Shown: positions 51,939 through 64,000 of the stretch, piece after piece
Position numbering within the stretch: position 1 is the stretch's first letter
Layout of the letters: each line of letters opens with the position of its first letter
Assembly (NCBI GenBank): GCA_964016885.1
Contig: OZ024760.1
Location: 20,584,001-20,648,000 of the forward strand
Reading direction: 5' to 3'
Length of the DNA stretch: 64,000 nt
Source: Eledone cirrhosa
Taxonomy: Eukaryota
Translations under genes and position numbers: made by a program
The notes under the pieces: generated by a model
Seen by the model: only the letters and a program-made list of their open reading frames with translations
Database searches by the model: none
What the model was told of the DNA's origin: nothing

Positions 51939-52096
51939 GAGAGGGTCATATTGTTATAATATTGCCAGGAATTTATATATATATATATATATGAGTCCTG
52001 GGTACAATCGGGGGTAACCACAGTAAGTAAGGTACTCAATACATAGTAGAGTATATACAAAATTTAATATAGAAATGGCCTCTACAGGAGTAGAAC

Positions 52097-52139
<43 letters not shown>

Positions 52140-52955
52140 ATAATAATAAAATTGAAGACTAAAGTCCAAAGAGGGCTCGATAAGGAAAATATATATCAAA
52201 TATATAAGAACCGAAGAGCAAATATTTATTAAAATAACAGATTAAAGTTTAAGCAAAGAATCGCTGCTTTCACCCTTAACGGGATCTTCTGAAACTCATG
52301 ATATATATGTATAAGGGAACTTCATCAGTCTGGCCTCCTGTTATTTTAATCAAACTAATAATTAACCCCATTCCTGCACCTCAACAGGATCAAAACATCA
52401 AAGATGGATGAGTTGTGTACCGTTGAGTGCTTTTCCTACTATTACATCATGGTTAACTAGATGGAATGACCAGTTCTATCCAGTGATGAAACACTAAATT
52501 TAAATGATATATATAAGTGTGTGTGTGTCTGTGTGTCTATATATATATATACATATACTAATATCTACCTGTTTATGATATATATATATCATCATCATCA
52601 TCAACGTTTAAAATCCGTGTTCCACGCTTGCATAGGTTTGGACGGGGGTTTTCCCACTTGAGGCAAGAGTGATTGTCTTGCTCGCATAGGACTGTCTGGT
52701 GGGTTTTCTACAGCTGGATGCCCTTCCTAACACCAACCACATTTACAGTGTGGGGCTGGGAGGTTTTTACCGTGTTGCCTACACGGCCACATTACAGCGT
52801 GGACTGTGTGTTTTTTTGTTGTGACCCCTACACGATCTCATTTGTTTCGGCCTGGATGTTGTAGCACCAACATAACTTTACATTGAAAGGGGCGGTGTGG
52901 ATGGAGTGGGGTGGGGGTGGGGGTGTATTTTGTTAGAGATGCCTACTGACTGTAG

Positions 52956-53000
<45 letters not shown>

Positions 53001-53187
53001 CACACACTGTAAAGTGGTTGTGTAAAAGACACGGCAAAAAGCACCCAGTCCACACTGTTAATGTGGTTGGCCTTAAGAAAGGCATTCAAACACAGTTCTT
53101 ATCAAGCTCTCTTCTGATTGTTGTCTTTGTATATATTATTACTATATATATATAGATATAATATATATATATATATAGATATAATAG

Positions 53188-53223
<36 letters not shown>

Positions 53224-53233
53224 TATATGTATG

Positions 53234-53276
<43 letters not shown>

Positions 53277-53491
53277 CAGTCTACGCTGTAATGTGGCCGT
53301 GTAGGTAACACGGTAAAAACCTCCCAGTCCACACTGTAAACGTGGTTGGTGTTAGGAAGGGCATCCAGCTGTAGAAAACCCACCAGACACAGTCCTGAGC
53401 AAGACAACCAATCTTGCCTCAAGTGGGACAATTCCCGTCCAGACCCATGCTAGCGTGGAAAATGGACGTTAAACGATGATGATGATGATAA

Positions 53492-53542
<51 letters not shown>

Positions 53543-53546
<4 letters not shown>

Positions 53547-53746
53547 AGGCGCATGGCTGAGTGGTTAAGGAATTGGATTCACAATCTTGAGGTTGTGAGT
53601 TTGATTTCTGGACCGGGTGATGCGTTATGTCCTTGAGCAAGACACTTTATTTCACGTTGCTCCTTCTACCTGGAGTTGCGACCGATAGATAGTACTAGCA
53701 ACTGGAAAGGCCGATGGAAACATTGTTTCCTCGGTCCGATTTGACG
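53543..53746 (+). mobile_element. SINE with family-A-like head and a different body (related copy ~15769-15975)
   Basis: tRNA-like head and CORE start, then ggagttgcgaccg...ggaaacattgtttcc. Confidence 0.7.
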
Positions 53747-54132
53747 AAAGTCGATCGATCCTTTTTATATATATATATTAGAAATTATAAGCTTTCACCG
53801 TATTTTAGACTAAAGAAATTTCTAGCCTGATAGTGGGGTTTATAACCCTTGGAGAAATGGTAAAAGATGAGTGTTGCCGTACATATATATATATATATAA
53901 TTGGAAATCAGTAAAATCGAATCTCTGGCGGTTTGCAAGTAAATTCCGCCTACTTATATGAAATGATGAGTTAACAAAGCACTCAATAAGATAGGACCTC
54001 AGAGTAATAACATACGTTTAAATAGCTTGACAAATCGGACATTGTGGTAGGCGAAACTAACACACAATACATACCAGAGTAACGATAGAATTAATCAGGT
54101 TGGATACATACATATACTTCTTTGCTGTACAG

Positions 54133-54307
54133 GTCAGTGGAAGGTTTCTACCAGGAGCAAATCAAGAATTTAAAAGAGGAACTGAAACGAGATCGAGAAG
54201 AAAGAATGGACATGATAGATGAACATGACACAATGGTTGAAAAGATGAATAACTGTTATGAAGAAGATAACAGCAAGTTGAAAGAAACTTTACTTACAAC
54301 TCAAGAG
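54133..54307 (+). CDS. NIN: Ninein-like exon (coiled coil)
   Basis: tacag acceptor, gtcagt donor; YQEQIKNLKEELKRDREE (compare YKERIAALKNELRKERE). Confidence 0.92.
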
Positions 54308-55282
54308 GTCAGTTGACTCAGTCTTCTGCTTTCATAAGACACTCATATATACACATAAACATGTATTAAATATAAATCTGTTAAGCTTATATATATGTGT
54401 ATACACATACATACCCATAATCACACACACACACAAATATATATATATATATTCATACACATACACACACACATATGTTTATATATATAGGAAATTCAAC
54501 CTATTTGGCCTCCTTTCATTTTACTTTATTATATATACTAGCATCTGCTGGCAGTGTAGTGTGTATATTGATATTATACACAAGTATATATGCATGTAGA
54601 TATGATACATCAAATAAAATCGTAATTGACAATATCCACAGAAATTGAATGAAAACATGTGTAGTGTGTATATTGATATTATACGCAGGTATATACATCA
54701 AATAAAATCGTAATTGACAAAATATAATACATAGAAATTGAATGAAGACATGTGTAGTGTGTATATTGATATTTTACGCAGGTATATACATCAAATAAAA
54801 TCGTAATTGACAAAATATAATACATAGAAATTGAATGAAGACATATGTAGTGTGTATATTGATATTATACGCAGGTATATACATAAAATAAAATCGTACT
54901 TGACAATATATAATACATAGAAATTGAATGAAGACTGCGTTACACTGTCTTATGTAATTAGTAATGTAATCCATGATACATTAAAAAAGAGGATATTATA
55001 TATAAACTGCATTAGGAGAAAATTAGTGACAGAAATATATGAATATTTATTTAAGCGACTGCTAACTGGAAGTGTTGACATTTGAAAATTTTAAAGAAGT
55101 GAATCTTTAAATAAGTAATAAAATATATTTAATAAACAGCTACGAAATTTAGTAGATAAATTATGTAATATTCATTCATTATTTATTCAAAGTAATCCAA
55201 CTTATTTTACTAATGTGATAAAAAATTATAAACCGTACGCAGTCCCGCGCTCCTTACTTTATTCTAGTTTATATATATATAT

Positions 55283-55330
<48 letters not shown>

Positions 55331-55662
55331 GTATATACACATATATGCACACATATTACATATATTTATATACAAACATTTATAAATACACTCACACAAA
55401 CAACATATATTTAGACCAAAATAACAATAATAACAATAATAATAATAGGAATTACCCCAGTGTATTACTGGTACTTTATTTTATCGACCCCGTAAGGATG
55501 AAAGGCAAAGATAACCTCGGCGGGATTTGAACTCAGAATGGCAAGGGCCGTAACTCTATGCGTCAAAGCATGGTGTCCGACCCTCTACCGATACTGACAA
55601 TTCACCGTCCTGTATAACCTCATAATAATAATAATAATAATAATAATACTGTTCTGTTTTAG

Positions 55663-55788
55663 GATTTACGTCAAACTCAGGCGGAACTGAACGAGTCTCG
55701 TGAGAAACTGAAAGATATGGAAAAACAGAAACACAAACTACAATATCAACTGAGTGTGGAGAAATTGAAGACTGGGGGAAAGAAATCT
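55663..55788 (+). CDS. NIN: Ninein-like exon (coiled coil)
   Basis: tttag acceptor, gtaagt donor; DLRQTQAELNESREKLKDMEKQKHKLQYQL; phase 0-0. Confidence 0.88.
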
Positions 55789-55974
55789 GTAAGTTGAACA
55801 AATGTGGACCCTATTGTTTGGATCTTATAATAATGGTTTCTTATATAGGCACAAGGCCAGCAATTTATTTTGGGGGAGGAGATAATCGATTAAATCGACC
55901 GCAGAGTGTGACTGGTACTTTATTTTATCGACCCTGTAACTTTATTTTATCGACCTAGCAAAGACTAATTTTCG

Positions 55975-56612
55975 TGGTCTTCCTCTACTGTGTCTTCCTT
56001 CCACCGAGATTTCTTGGCACTTCTTCACCAATCTCTCATTCTCCATGCGCATCACATGTCCATACCATCGCAATCTCTCCACACACTACAACTTATCCCT
56101 TTTATACACAGTTTCTCTCTGAACTCATCTCGGCTTGGTCGTTCACGCACATTGATATTGAACGTTCAATGGAGTGTGCTTGCTTCATTTCTTTCCAGCC
56201 GTTGCATATCCTCTGCAGTTGCTGCCCATGTCTCACTACCATGCAGCATCATGCATCTCACACAGGCACCATATAACCAGCCTTTTATTCGTTGGGAGAA
56301 ACTGCTCTTTATCAACAGAAGAAGCAGCTCCCTAAACTTCTTCCAACCCGTCCTTATTCTAGATACTAAGCCTTGGAACACCTGCCTCCCATGCTAATCT
56401 GATCACCTAGGTACTGGCCATTTCCCTGACAGAATCAGAGTTTCATCCTCTTTTCTACTTATCAACACTTTTGTCTTAGCTAGGTTCACTCTCAGTCCTC
56501 TTGATTCTAACTGCTGTTTCCATAGCCAGAATTTATTCTCTAGCTCCTCTAATGATTCTGATATAAGTACCAGATCGTCAGCATAGAGAAGTTCCCATGG
56601 CTTGGAGGACTA
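55975..56612 (-). mobile_element. RTE LINE RT fragment
   Basis: PWELLYADDLVL and MLHGSETWA on the minus strand. Confidence 0.9.
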
Positions 56613-56653
56613 TGATGAATATATTATATATATATTTTCTGTTTGTTTTACAG

Positions 56654-56743
56654 TTTTCAGAACGAAAGGAGTTGATGCAGGTGACAAGCGATGCACACAG
56701 TTTGATGCGACAACAAATTGCTCAACTTCAAGAGGAGAACAAA
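56654..56743 (+). CDS. NIN: Ninein-like exon
   Basis: tacag acceptor, gtaagt donor; FSERKELMQVTSDAHSLMRQQIAQLQEENK. Confidence 0.85.
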
Positions 56744-57400
56744 GTAAGTTTATTTTTATTACACTTTTGTTACAGTATAATATAGATTTCAATAGAGGGG
56801 GAGGGAGACAAAATACAGAGTTAACCTTGGTGGGATTTGAACTCAGAAGGTAAAGGGCTGAAACAAATACTGCAAGGCATTTTGTTGAATGTTCTGATCA
56901 CATTGCTAATACACCACCTTCTGCTAATGTAACAATAATAATAATTGTTTCTACTTTTGGCACAAGGCCAGCAATTATCCCAGTGTATTACTGGTACTTT
57001 ATTTTATCGACCCCGTAAGGATGAAAGGCAAAGTTAACCTCGGCGGGATTTGAACTCAGACTATAAAGGGCCGTAACTCTTTAATGCAAAGCATGGCGTC
57101 CGACCTTCTACCGATACTGCCAATTCAATGAATGAATATTACATAATTTATCTACTAAATTTTGTGGCTGTTGATTAAATATATTTTATAGCTTATTTAA
57201 AGATTCACTTCTTTAAAATTGTCAAATGTCAACACTTCCAGTTAGCGGCTGTTTATATTATAACACTTATAAAATATCGCATATATTTTCGTCTCTAATT
57301 TTCTCCTAATGCAGTTTATATATAATATCGTCTTTTTCTAAATGTATCATGGATTACGTTACTGATTACAGAAGACAGTGTTATGCAGTCTTCGTTCAAT

Positions 57401-58276
57401 TGGTGGTGGTCATGGTGGTGATGGTGGTGGTTGTAGTGGTGGTGGTGGTGGTAGTTATGGTGGTGGTGGTGGTAGTCGTGGTGGTGGTGGTGGTCATGGT
57501 GGTGGTGGTGGTGGTGGTGGTGGTGGTAGTGATGGTGGTAGTGGTGGTGGTAGTGATGGTGGTGGTGGTGGTGGTTGTAGTGATGGTGGTGGTGGTAGTT
57601 GTGGTGGTGGTGGTGGTAGTTGTGGTGGTGGTGGTGGTCATGGTGGTGGTGGTGGTGGTGGTGGTGGTAGTCATGGTGGTGGTGGTGGTAGTTGTGATCG
57701 TGGTGGTAGTCGTGGTGGTGGTGGTAGTTGTGGTGGTGGTGGTGGTAGTCATGGTGGTGGTGGTGGTAGTTGTGATCGTGGTGGTAGTCGTGGTGGTGGT
57801 CATTGTGGTGGTGGTGGTAGTGGTGGTGGTCGTGGTGGTGGTAGCTGTGGTGGTGATGGTGGTGGTGGTGGTAGTCATGGTGGTGGTGGTGGTGGTGGTG
57901 GTGGTAGTTGTGATCGTGGTGGTAGTCGTGGTGGTGGTGGTGGTGGTCGTTGTGGTGGTGGTGGTAGTGGTGGTGGTCGTGGTGGTGGTAGTCATGGTGG
58001 TGCTGGTGGGTAGTTGTGGTGGTGGTAGTTGTGGTAGTCGTGGTGGTGGTGTTAGTCATGGTGGTGCTGGTGATAGTTGTGGTGGTGGTGGTAGTTGTGG
58101 TGGTGGTAGTCGTGGTGGTGGTGGTGGTGGTAGTCATGGTGGTGCTGGTGGTAGTTGTGGTGGTGGTAGTGGTGGTGGTGGTCGTGGGGGTAGTCATGGT
58201 GGTGGTGGTGGTGGTGGTGGTAGTCATGGTGGTGGTGGTGGTGGTGGTGGTGGTGGTCGTGGTGGTAGTCATGGTA
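57401..58276. repeat. (GGT)n-rich low-complexity tract
   Basis: Direct inspection. Confidence 0.95.
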
Positions 58277-58297
58277 ACAATAATATTTCCTTGTTAG

Positions 58298-58466
58298 ACA
58301 CTAGAAGACCGTCTTGAAGAATTCGGGCCTCAGAGCAGGCGACTAAACCATCGATCTCTCGCTGGGAAGAACTTGTCCAGAAGTATGAGCTTACGGGAGC
58401 AAACCTTAGGAGAACTGTTCCCAGGTTCAATTGACATCTTGAACAGAATAGCCCCCAGAGGGACAG
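58298..58466 (+). CDS. NIN: Ninein-like exon
   Basis: gttag acceptor, gtgaga donor; TLEDRLEEFGPQSRRL...APRGT; phase 0-1 links both neighbours. Confidence 0.8.
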
Positions 58467-58504
58467 GTGAGAAACCCTTTCTATATACATATATATATTT
58501 ATAC

Positions 58505-58925
58505 ACACATGGTGGCTGCCAACTCGTTTTCGAGTACGGCCACTACTTTATATCCGTGTAGGAGAACCCCTACCGATGCGCTGAACGAGTGACTTTTTAG
58601 TCCAGCCAGCGACTTGAAAACTCTGGTACAAACACTACACTTGTGACAATTATTGACACATAGTGCTGGGCCCATGGTACCATGTGACGACAAGTGCAGA
58701 GAGATCTCCAGATATAAAGCAATGCCTGTGCTGTGAAGCTTTTATAGTGAGCAAAGGCACTGCACAAAGCCAGTCCCACTCTCTTAACCGAGATGATATT
58801 TACCAAAAAGAACAAGTCAACATCATTGGATACCATCAGGGTTGCAGGTGTTATATCAGAGTTTTCCTTCTCCTAGAATTCTGCCTTGACAAAGACTAGG
58901 GGGTCATCCCTTCCGGTGATTTTGG
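58505..58925 (-). mobile_element. LINE remnant with C2H2-like C-terminal motif
   Basis: HKCSVCTRVFKSLAGLKSH is typical of RTE-group C-termini; degenerate. Confidence 0.5.
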
Positions 58926-59864
58926 ATGGCCATTGACTCTTAAGAGCTCCTTTGCCCTTTGACAGGTTTTGTTTTTAGTCCTGCAGGATGTCCAAAGTCA
59001 CTCTCCTCACCAAGAAACCTTGGTGGGGTTGCCAGTTTAGTCGCCAACGACCCGACCATGAGACAGGTTGTACTGGGATACATGTTACCAGTAGCACCAA
59101 CCTGACCTGACCATATACATACATACATATATACATACACACATACATACACACATACATATATACATACATATATACATACATATATACATACATTCAT
59201 ACATATATACATACATACATACAACTGCGCGGTACATGCGTATATACATATTTACACACTTTTGGATGGCCTTTGACTCTTATGGGTTCTTCTGCTCTTT
59301 GTCAGGTTTTGTTTTTTGCAGGGTGTCCAAAATCCCCCTCCTTACCAAGTAAACTTGGTGGGGTTGCCGGTTTAGTCGCTGACGACCCGACCATGCGACA
59401 GCTATACATACATAGATATATATATATATATATACATACATACATAGATACATATATACATATATAGATATATATATACATACATATATACATACATATA
59501 TACATACATAGATAGATATATATACATACATACATAAATAGGTATATATATACATAAATACATAGATCATCATCATCATCGTTTAACGTCCATGTTCCAC
59601 GCTTGCATGGGTTTGGACGGGAGTTTTCCCACTTGAGGCAAGAGTGATTGTCTTGCTCGCATAGGACTGTCTGGCGGGTTTTCTACAGCTGGATGCCCTT
59701 CCTAACACCAACCACATTTACAGTGTGGGTCTGGGAGGTTTTTACCGTGTTACCTACACGGCCACATTACAGAGTGGACTGTGTGTTTTTTTGTCGTGAC
59801 ACCTACACGATCTCATTTGTTTCGGGCTGGATGTTGTGGCACCAACATAACTTTACATATATAT

Positions 59865-59903
<39 letters not shown>

Positions 59904-60535
59904 CATACATAGATATATACATATATATGCATATGTGGATATATACATTTTTGATCTCATGACTTCCATGAGCTGTTTCTGACTGTGTTCTCTCTCTCTC
60001 TCTCTCTTCTGCCACCCTCTCTCCCTACCACAACCTCACCATCTCCTCTCTCCCTGTCTCCTCCCCACTCTCCCACCACCATCACCCTCCACTCTCCTCC
60101 TCCCACTCTCTCTCTCTCCCATCACCACCCTCTCTCTCTTCACCACCACCACCACCGACCTCCACTCTCCTCTCACCCACCACTCTATCCACCACCACCA
60201 CCACCACCGACCTCCACTCTCCTCTCACCCACCACTCTATCCACCACTACCACCACCACCAACCTCCACTCTCCTCTCACCCACCACTCTATCCACCACC
60301 ACCACCACCACCGACCTCCACTCTCCTCTCACCCACCACTCTATCCACCACCACCACCACCGACCTCCACTCTCCTCTCACCCACCACTCTATCCACCAC
60401 CACCACCACCACCGACCTCCACTCTCCTCTCACCCACCACCGACCTCCACTCCACCCCCTCTCCGTTCTCCTCCTCCCACCCACCCCTCTCTTCCTCCTC
60501 CCTACTCCCTCCACCACCACCACCCCACACTCCAG

Positions 60536-60702
60536 ACCGAGATGAGTTCAGCCAGATGCAGAGAGAACTGAAACAATTGAAGAAGAACATCGAGATAGAA
60601 CACAAAGAGATTGAACACGCTTACCTGATTGAGATAGCTCAGATTGAGGAGCGGCACAGCTACGAGGTGGCTGACACCTTGAAACATGCCAAGAGAGAGA
60701 AG
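60536..60702 (+). CDS. NIN: Ninein-like exon (coiled coil)
   Basis: tccag acceptor, gtaagt donor; RDEFSQMQRELKQLKKNIEIEHKEIEHAYLIEIAQIEERH; phase 1-0. Confidence 0.88.
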
Positions 60703-61394
60703 GTAAGTGGTATGGTGGTGGTGGTATGGTGGTGGTATGGTTGGTGGTGTGGTTGGTGGTGGTATGGTGGTGGTGTGGTGGTCGTATGGTGGTATGGTTG
60801 GTGGTGTGGTTGGTGGTATGGTGGTGGTATGGTGGTGGTATGGTGGTATGGTTGGTGGTATGGTTGGTGGTGTGGTTGGTGGTATGGTTGGTGGTGTGGT
60901 TGGTGGTATGGTCGTGGTATGGTGGTGGTATGGTGGTTGTATGGTGGTATGGTTGGTGGTGTGATTGGTGGTATGGTCGTGGTATGGTGGTGTGGTGGTG
61001 GTATGGTGGTATGGTTGGTGGTGTGGTTGGTGGTATGGTGGTGGTATGGTGGTGTGGTGGTGGTATGGTGGTGGTGGTATGGTAGTGGTATGGTGGTGGT
61101 GTGATGGTGGTATGGCGGTGGTATGGTTGGTGGTGTGGTTGGTTGTATGATGGTGGTATGGTGTTGGTATGGTGGTGGTATGGTGGTGGTTTGGTGGAGG
61201 TATGGTGGTGGTGGTATGGTGGTGGTATGATTGTGGTGGTGTGGTGGAGGTATGGTGGTGGTATGGTGGTGGTATGATGGTGGTATGGTGGTGGTATGGT
61301 CGCGGTGCCCCCACCCTCACCCCACTCCTGTACTAATGAATACAACAACAACAACAACAACAACAATAAGAACTGTTTGAATTTCTATTTACAG

Positions 61395-61567
61395 GAGAAA
61401 TTACTGGAAGAAGAGGTAAAAAGACAACAGGAATGTCTTGCTAAACTGGAGAAAGAATTACAGACACAGTTTGCTGTGGAGAAACAAGATCTTTTATTGA
61501 AACATGAATCAGAGAAGAATCTTCTGGAACAGAAGTTGGCAGAAGATAAGATACGTTTGACAGAAAT
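61395..61567 (+). CDS. NIN: Ninein-like exon (coiled coil); gene continues beyond the window
   Basis: tacag acceptor, gtaagt donor; EKLLEEEVKRQQECLAKLEKELQTQFAVEKQDLLLKHESEK. Confidence 0.88.
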
Positions 61568-61613
61568 GTAAGTCATGATTCACTTTCATACTATATACAC
61601 TATATATATATAT

Positions 61614-62765
61614 AGGACAGTGAGGATAATGCAAACTTTGTACAGAGGTACTCTCAGTAAAGTCAGGGTAGGAATGGAGTTTAGTGAGGAATTCCAGATA
61701 CAAGTAGGAGTACATCAAGGTTCGGTCCTCAACCCGCTCTTGTTCATTATAGTCCTCCAAGCCATAACAGAGGAGTTTAAGACTGGCTGTCCATGGGAAC
61801 TTCTCTATGCTGACGATCTGGTTCTTATAGCAGAATCAGTAGAAGAGCTAGAGAATAAATTCTGGCTATGGAAACAGCAGTTGGAAGCAAGAGGACTGAG
61901 AGTGAACCTAGCTAAGACAAAAGTGTTGATGAGTAGAAAAGAGGACACAACTCTGATTCCGTCAGGGAAATAGCTATGTTCGATACGCAGAAAAGGAACT
62001 GGCATAAATTCTATAAAATGCACACAATGCAGATCCTGGGTACACAAGAGATGTAGCGGGATAGCAGGCAAACTAACAGCTAGGGAGAAATATGTATGCA
62101 GTAGATGTACAGGGAAATTTGACAGTAGAAGGCACATTGATAAACACATTTTTCAAATGTAGGAGGGTGCTATAGAAGTGGTGGATAGCTTCCGGTACCA
62201 AGGAGATCAGATTAGCATGGGAGGGGGTGTTCTGAGGCCATAGTATCTAGAATAAGACGAAGAAGGGTTTCTCCCTGCATACGAAAGGCCGGTTATATGA
62301 TGCCTGTGTGAGGAGCGCGATGCTGCATGGTAGTGAGACATGGGCACCAACTGCAGAGGATATGCGACGGCTGGAGAGAAATGAGGCAAGCATGCTCCGT
62401 TGGATGTGCAGTGTAAATGTGCGTGAACGACCCAGCATAAATGTGTTGAGAGAGAAACTGTGTCTGAGAGGGATAGAATGTAGTGTACGGGAGAGGAGAC
62501 TGAGGTGGTATGGACATGTGATGCGCATGGAGGATGACCGATGGGTGAAGAAGTGCCAGGAAATGCCTGTTGAAGGAAGACGTGGTAGAGGTAGACCACG
62601 AAAAACATGGGCGGAGGTGGTGAGAACAGACCTCAGATCGTTGAAGCTCGCGGTGGAGATGACGAAGGACCGTGACGAGTGGAGAGATGCTGCGCTGAAT
62701 AAGACCCGTCCCACCCTTGCAAGCAGGGAAGAGCGGACGTAAAATGATGATGATGATGATGATGA
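61614..62765 (+). mobile_element. 5'-truncated RTE LINE (RT to 3' tail)
   Basis: GVHQGSVLNPLLF, LYADDL, MLHGSETW, RLRWYGHV, (ATG)n tail. Confidence 0.93.
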
Positions 62766-62780
62766 TAGATATATATATAT

Positions 62781-62819
<39 letters not shown>

Positions 62820-62986
62820 TAGCATTGTATATATACACACACTCGCACATACTATATACATATTGTGTATATATATATCAATAATATTAATAAATGGAAA
62901 CTATCTTTATAAAACCATATTTATAACAGAACTCAAAACGATAAGCTCTAGTTTTGGATATGTCACTATCTGTAAAACAACTTTTG

Positions 62987-63051
62987 TATTTTATCTGATG
63001 AGAGTGTACCAAAAAAAATTTTTGGACCCTTGGAATATATATAATAAAATA
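62987..63051 (+). ncRNA. Degenerate hammerhead motif (GGAA for GAAA)
   Basis: Same family as 47009; lies within inverted repeat ~62887-63085. Confidence 0.55.
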
Positions 63052-63121
63052 AATATGGTTTTATAAGATAGTTTCCATTTATTAAATTGTAGAGTGCTTC
63101 TAACCTGTTATAAACTAAATT

Positions 63122-63215
63122 TGTTGAATAATCAACAAATTAAATAACTCATTGCATATATATATATATATATATATATATGCAATGAGTTATTTAATTT
63201 GTTGATTATTCAACA
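63122..63215. repeat. Perfect palindrome centred on (TA)n
   Basis: tgttgaataatcaacaaattaaataactcattgca-(TA)n-reverse complement. Confidence 0.93.
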
Positions 63216-63258
63216 CTCGATGTATATAGTATATACATTGAGTGTGTGTATATATGAA

Positions 63259-63320
<62 letters not shown>

Positions 63321-63758
63321 TACAGTTATTGTACTTACATACACTCACACATACTATATACATTGTTTACATGTTTATATATATATATATATACATATGT
63401 ATACACACACACATACTATATACATTGTGTATATAAACACATTATCATTGTACATATACACACATTAACACTATATATTCAAACTCACACATGCAATATT
63501 ACTTTATATATATATACACTATCATTGAATACACACACATACACACACACATGCACACATACACACACACACACACACACATATATATGTATGTATATAT
63601 ATAAGTAGATATGTATATATATATATATGCAAAAGTTCTATTTAAAGTTGTTGGGATACAACAAGTAAATATTTTATAACTGATATAAAGCACTCGACAA
63701 ATTTTTGGAGTAGATATACGATATTAATAAATGGAAACTATATTTATAAAACCATATT

Positions 63759-63823
63759 TATTTCATTATACATATTTCAGGGATACCACATTAAATTATG
63801 GTATGCCTTCATCAGACAAAATA
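63759..63823 (-). ncRNA. Minimal hammerhead ribozyme (intact core)
   Basis: Reverse complement: tattttgt-CTGATGA-aggcatacca..tggtatccct-GAAA-tatgta-TA-atgaaata. Confidence 0.8.
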
Positions 63824-64000
63824 CAATATATAACAGTTTTACAAATAGGTTTGACGTACCCTTTTAAAATACAACCATTACTTTTGGAGGCTGTCTGGAT
63901 ATATATATATATATATATATCATCATCATCATCACCTTCGTTTAACGTCCATCTTCCACGCTGGCATGGGTTAGACGGGAGTTGTCCCACTTGAGGCAAA

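Noticed and set aside
56654-56661. Alternative acceptor ttttcag at 56660
   Set aside because: Would shift the reading frame; the upstream CAG keeps phase.

Overview
AT-rich, microsatellite-dense animal genomic DNA. The SINE/LINE complement suggests a coleoid cephalopod such as Octopus (inference). Two + strand intron-containing genes are supported by in-frame GT-AG exon chains: the last five coding exons of RPL7A (2501-9776) and ten exons of a ninein/ninein-like gene (20740-61567, continuing beyond the window). The RPL7A introns hold a snoRNA cluster: five U24-like copies (three in a ~615-bp tandem triplication), a U36C-like RNA, a three-copy orphan C/D family and at least one H/ACA candidate. 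The remainder is SINEs, RTE/Tx1/CR1 LINE remnants, piggyBac MITEs, Helitrons and mini/microsatellites. The main unannotated signal is about ten minimal hammerhead ribozyme motifs from four sequence families. Most lie in short non-coding, (TA)n-flanked, often self-inverted elements resembling non-autonomous Penelope-like elements or retrozymes. All calls were made by eye, and repeat boundaries are approximate.
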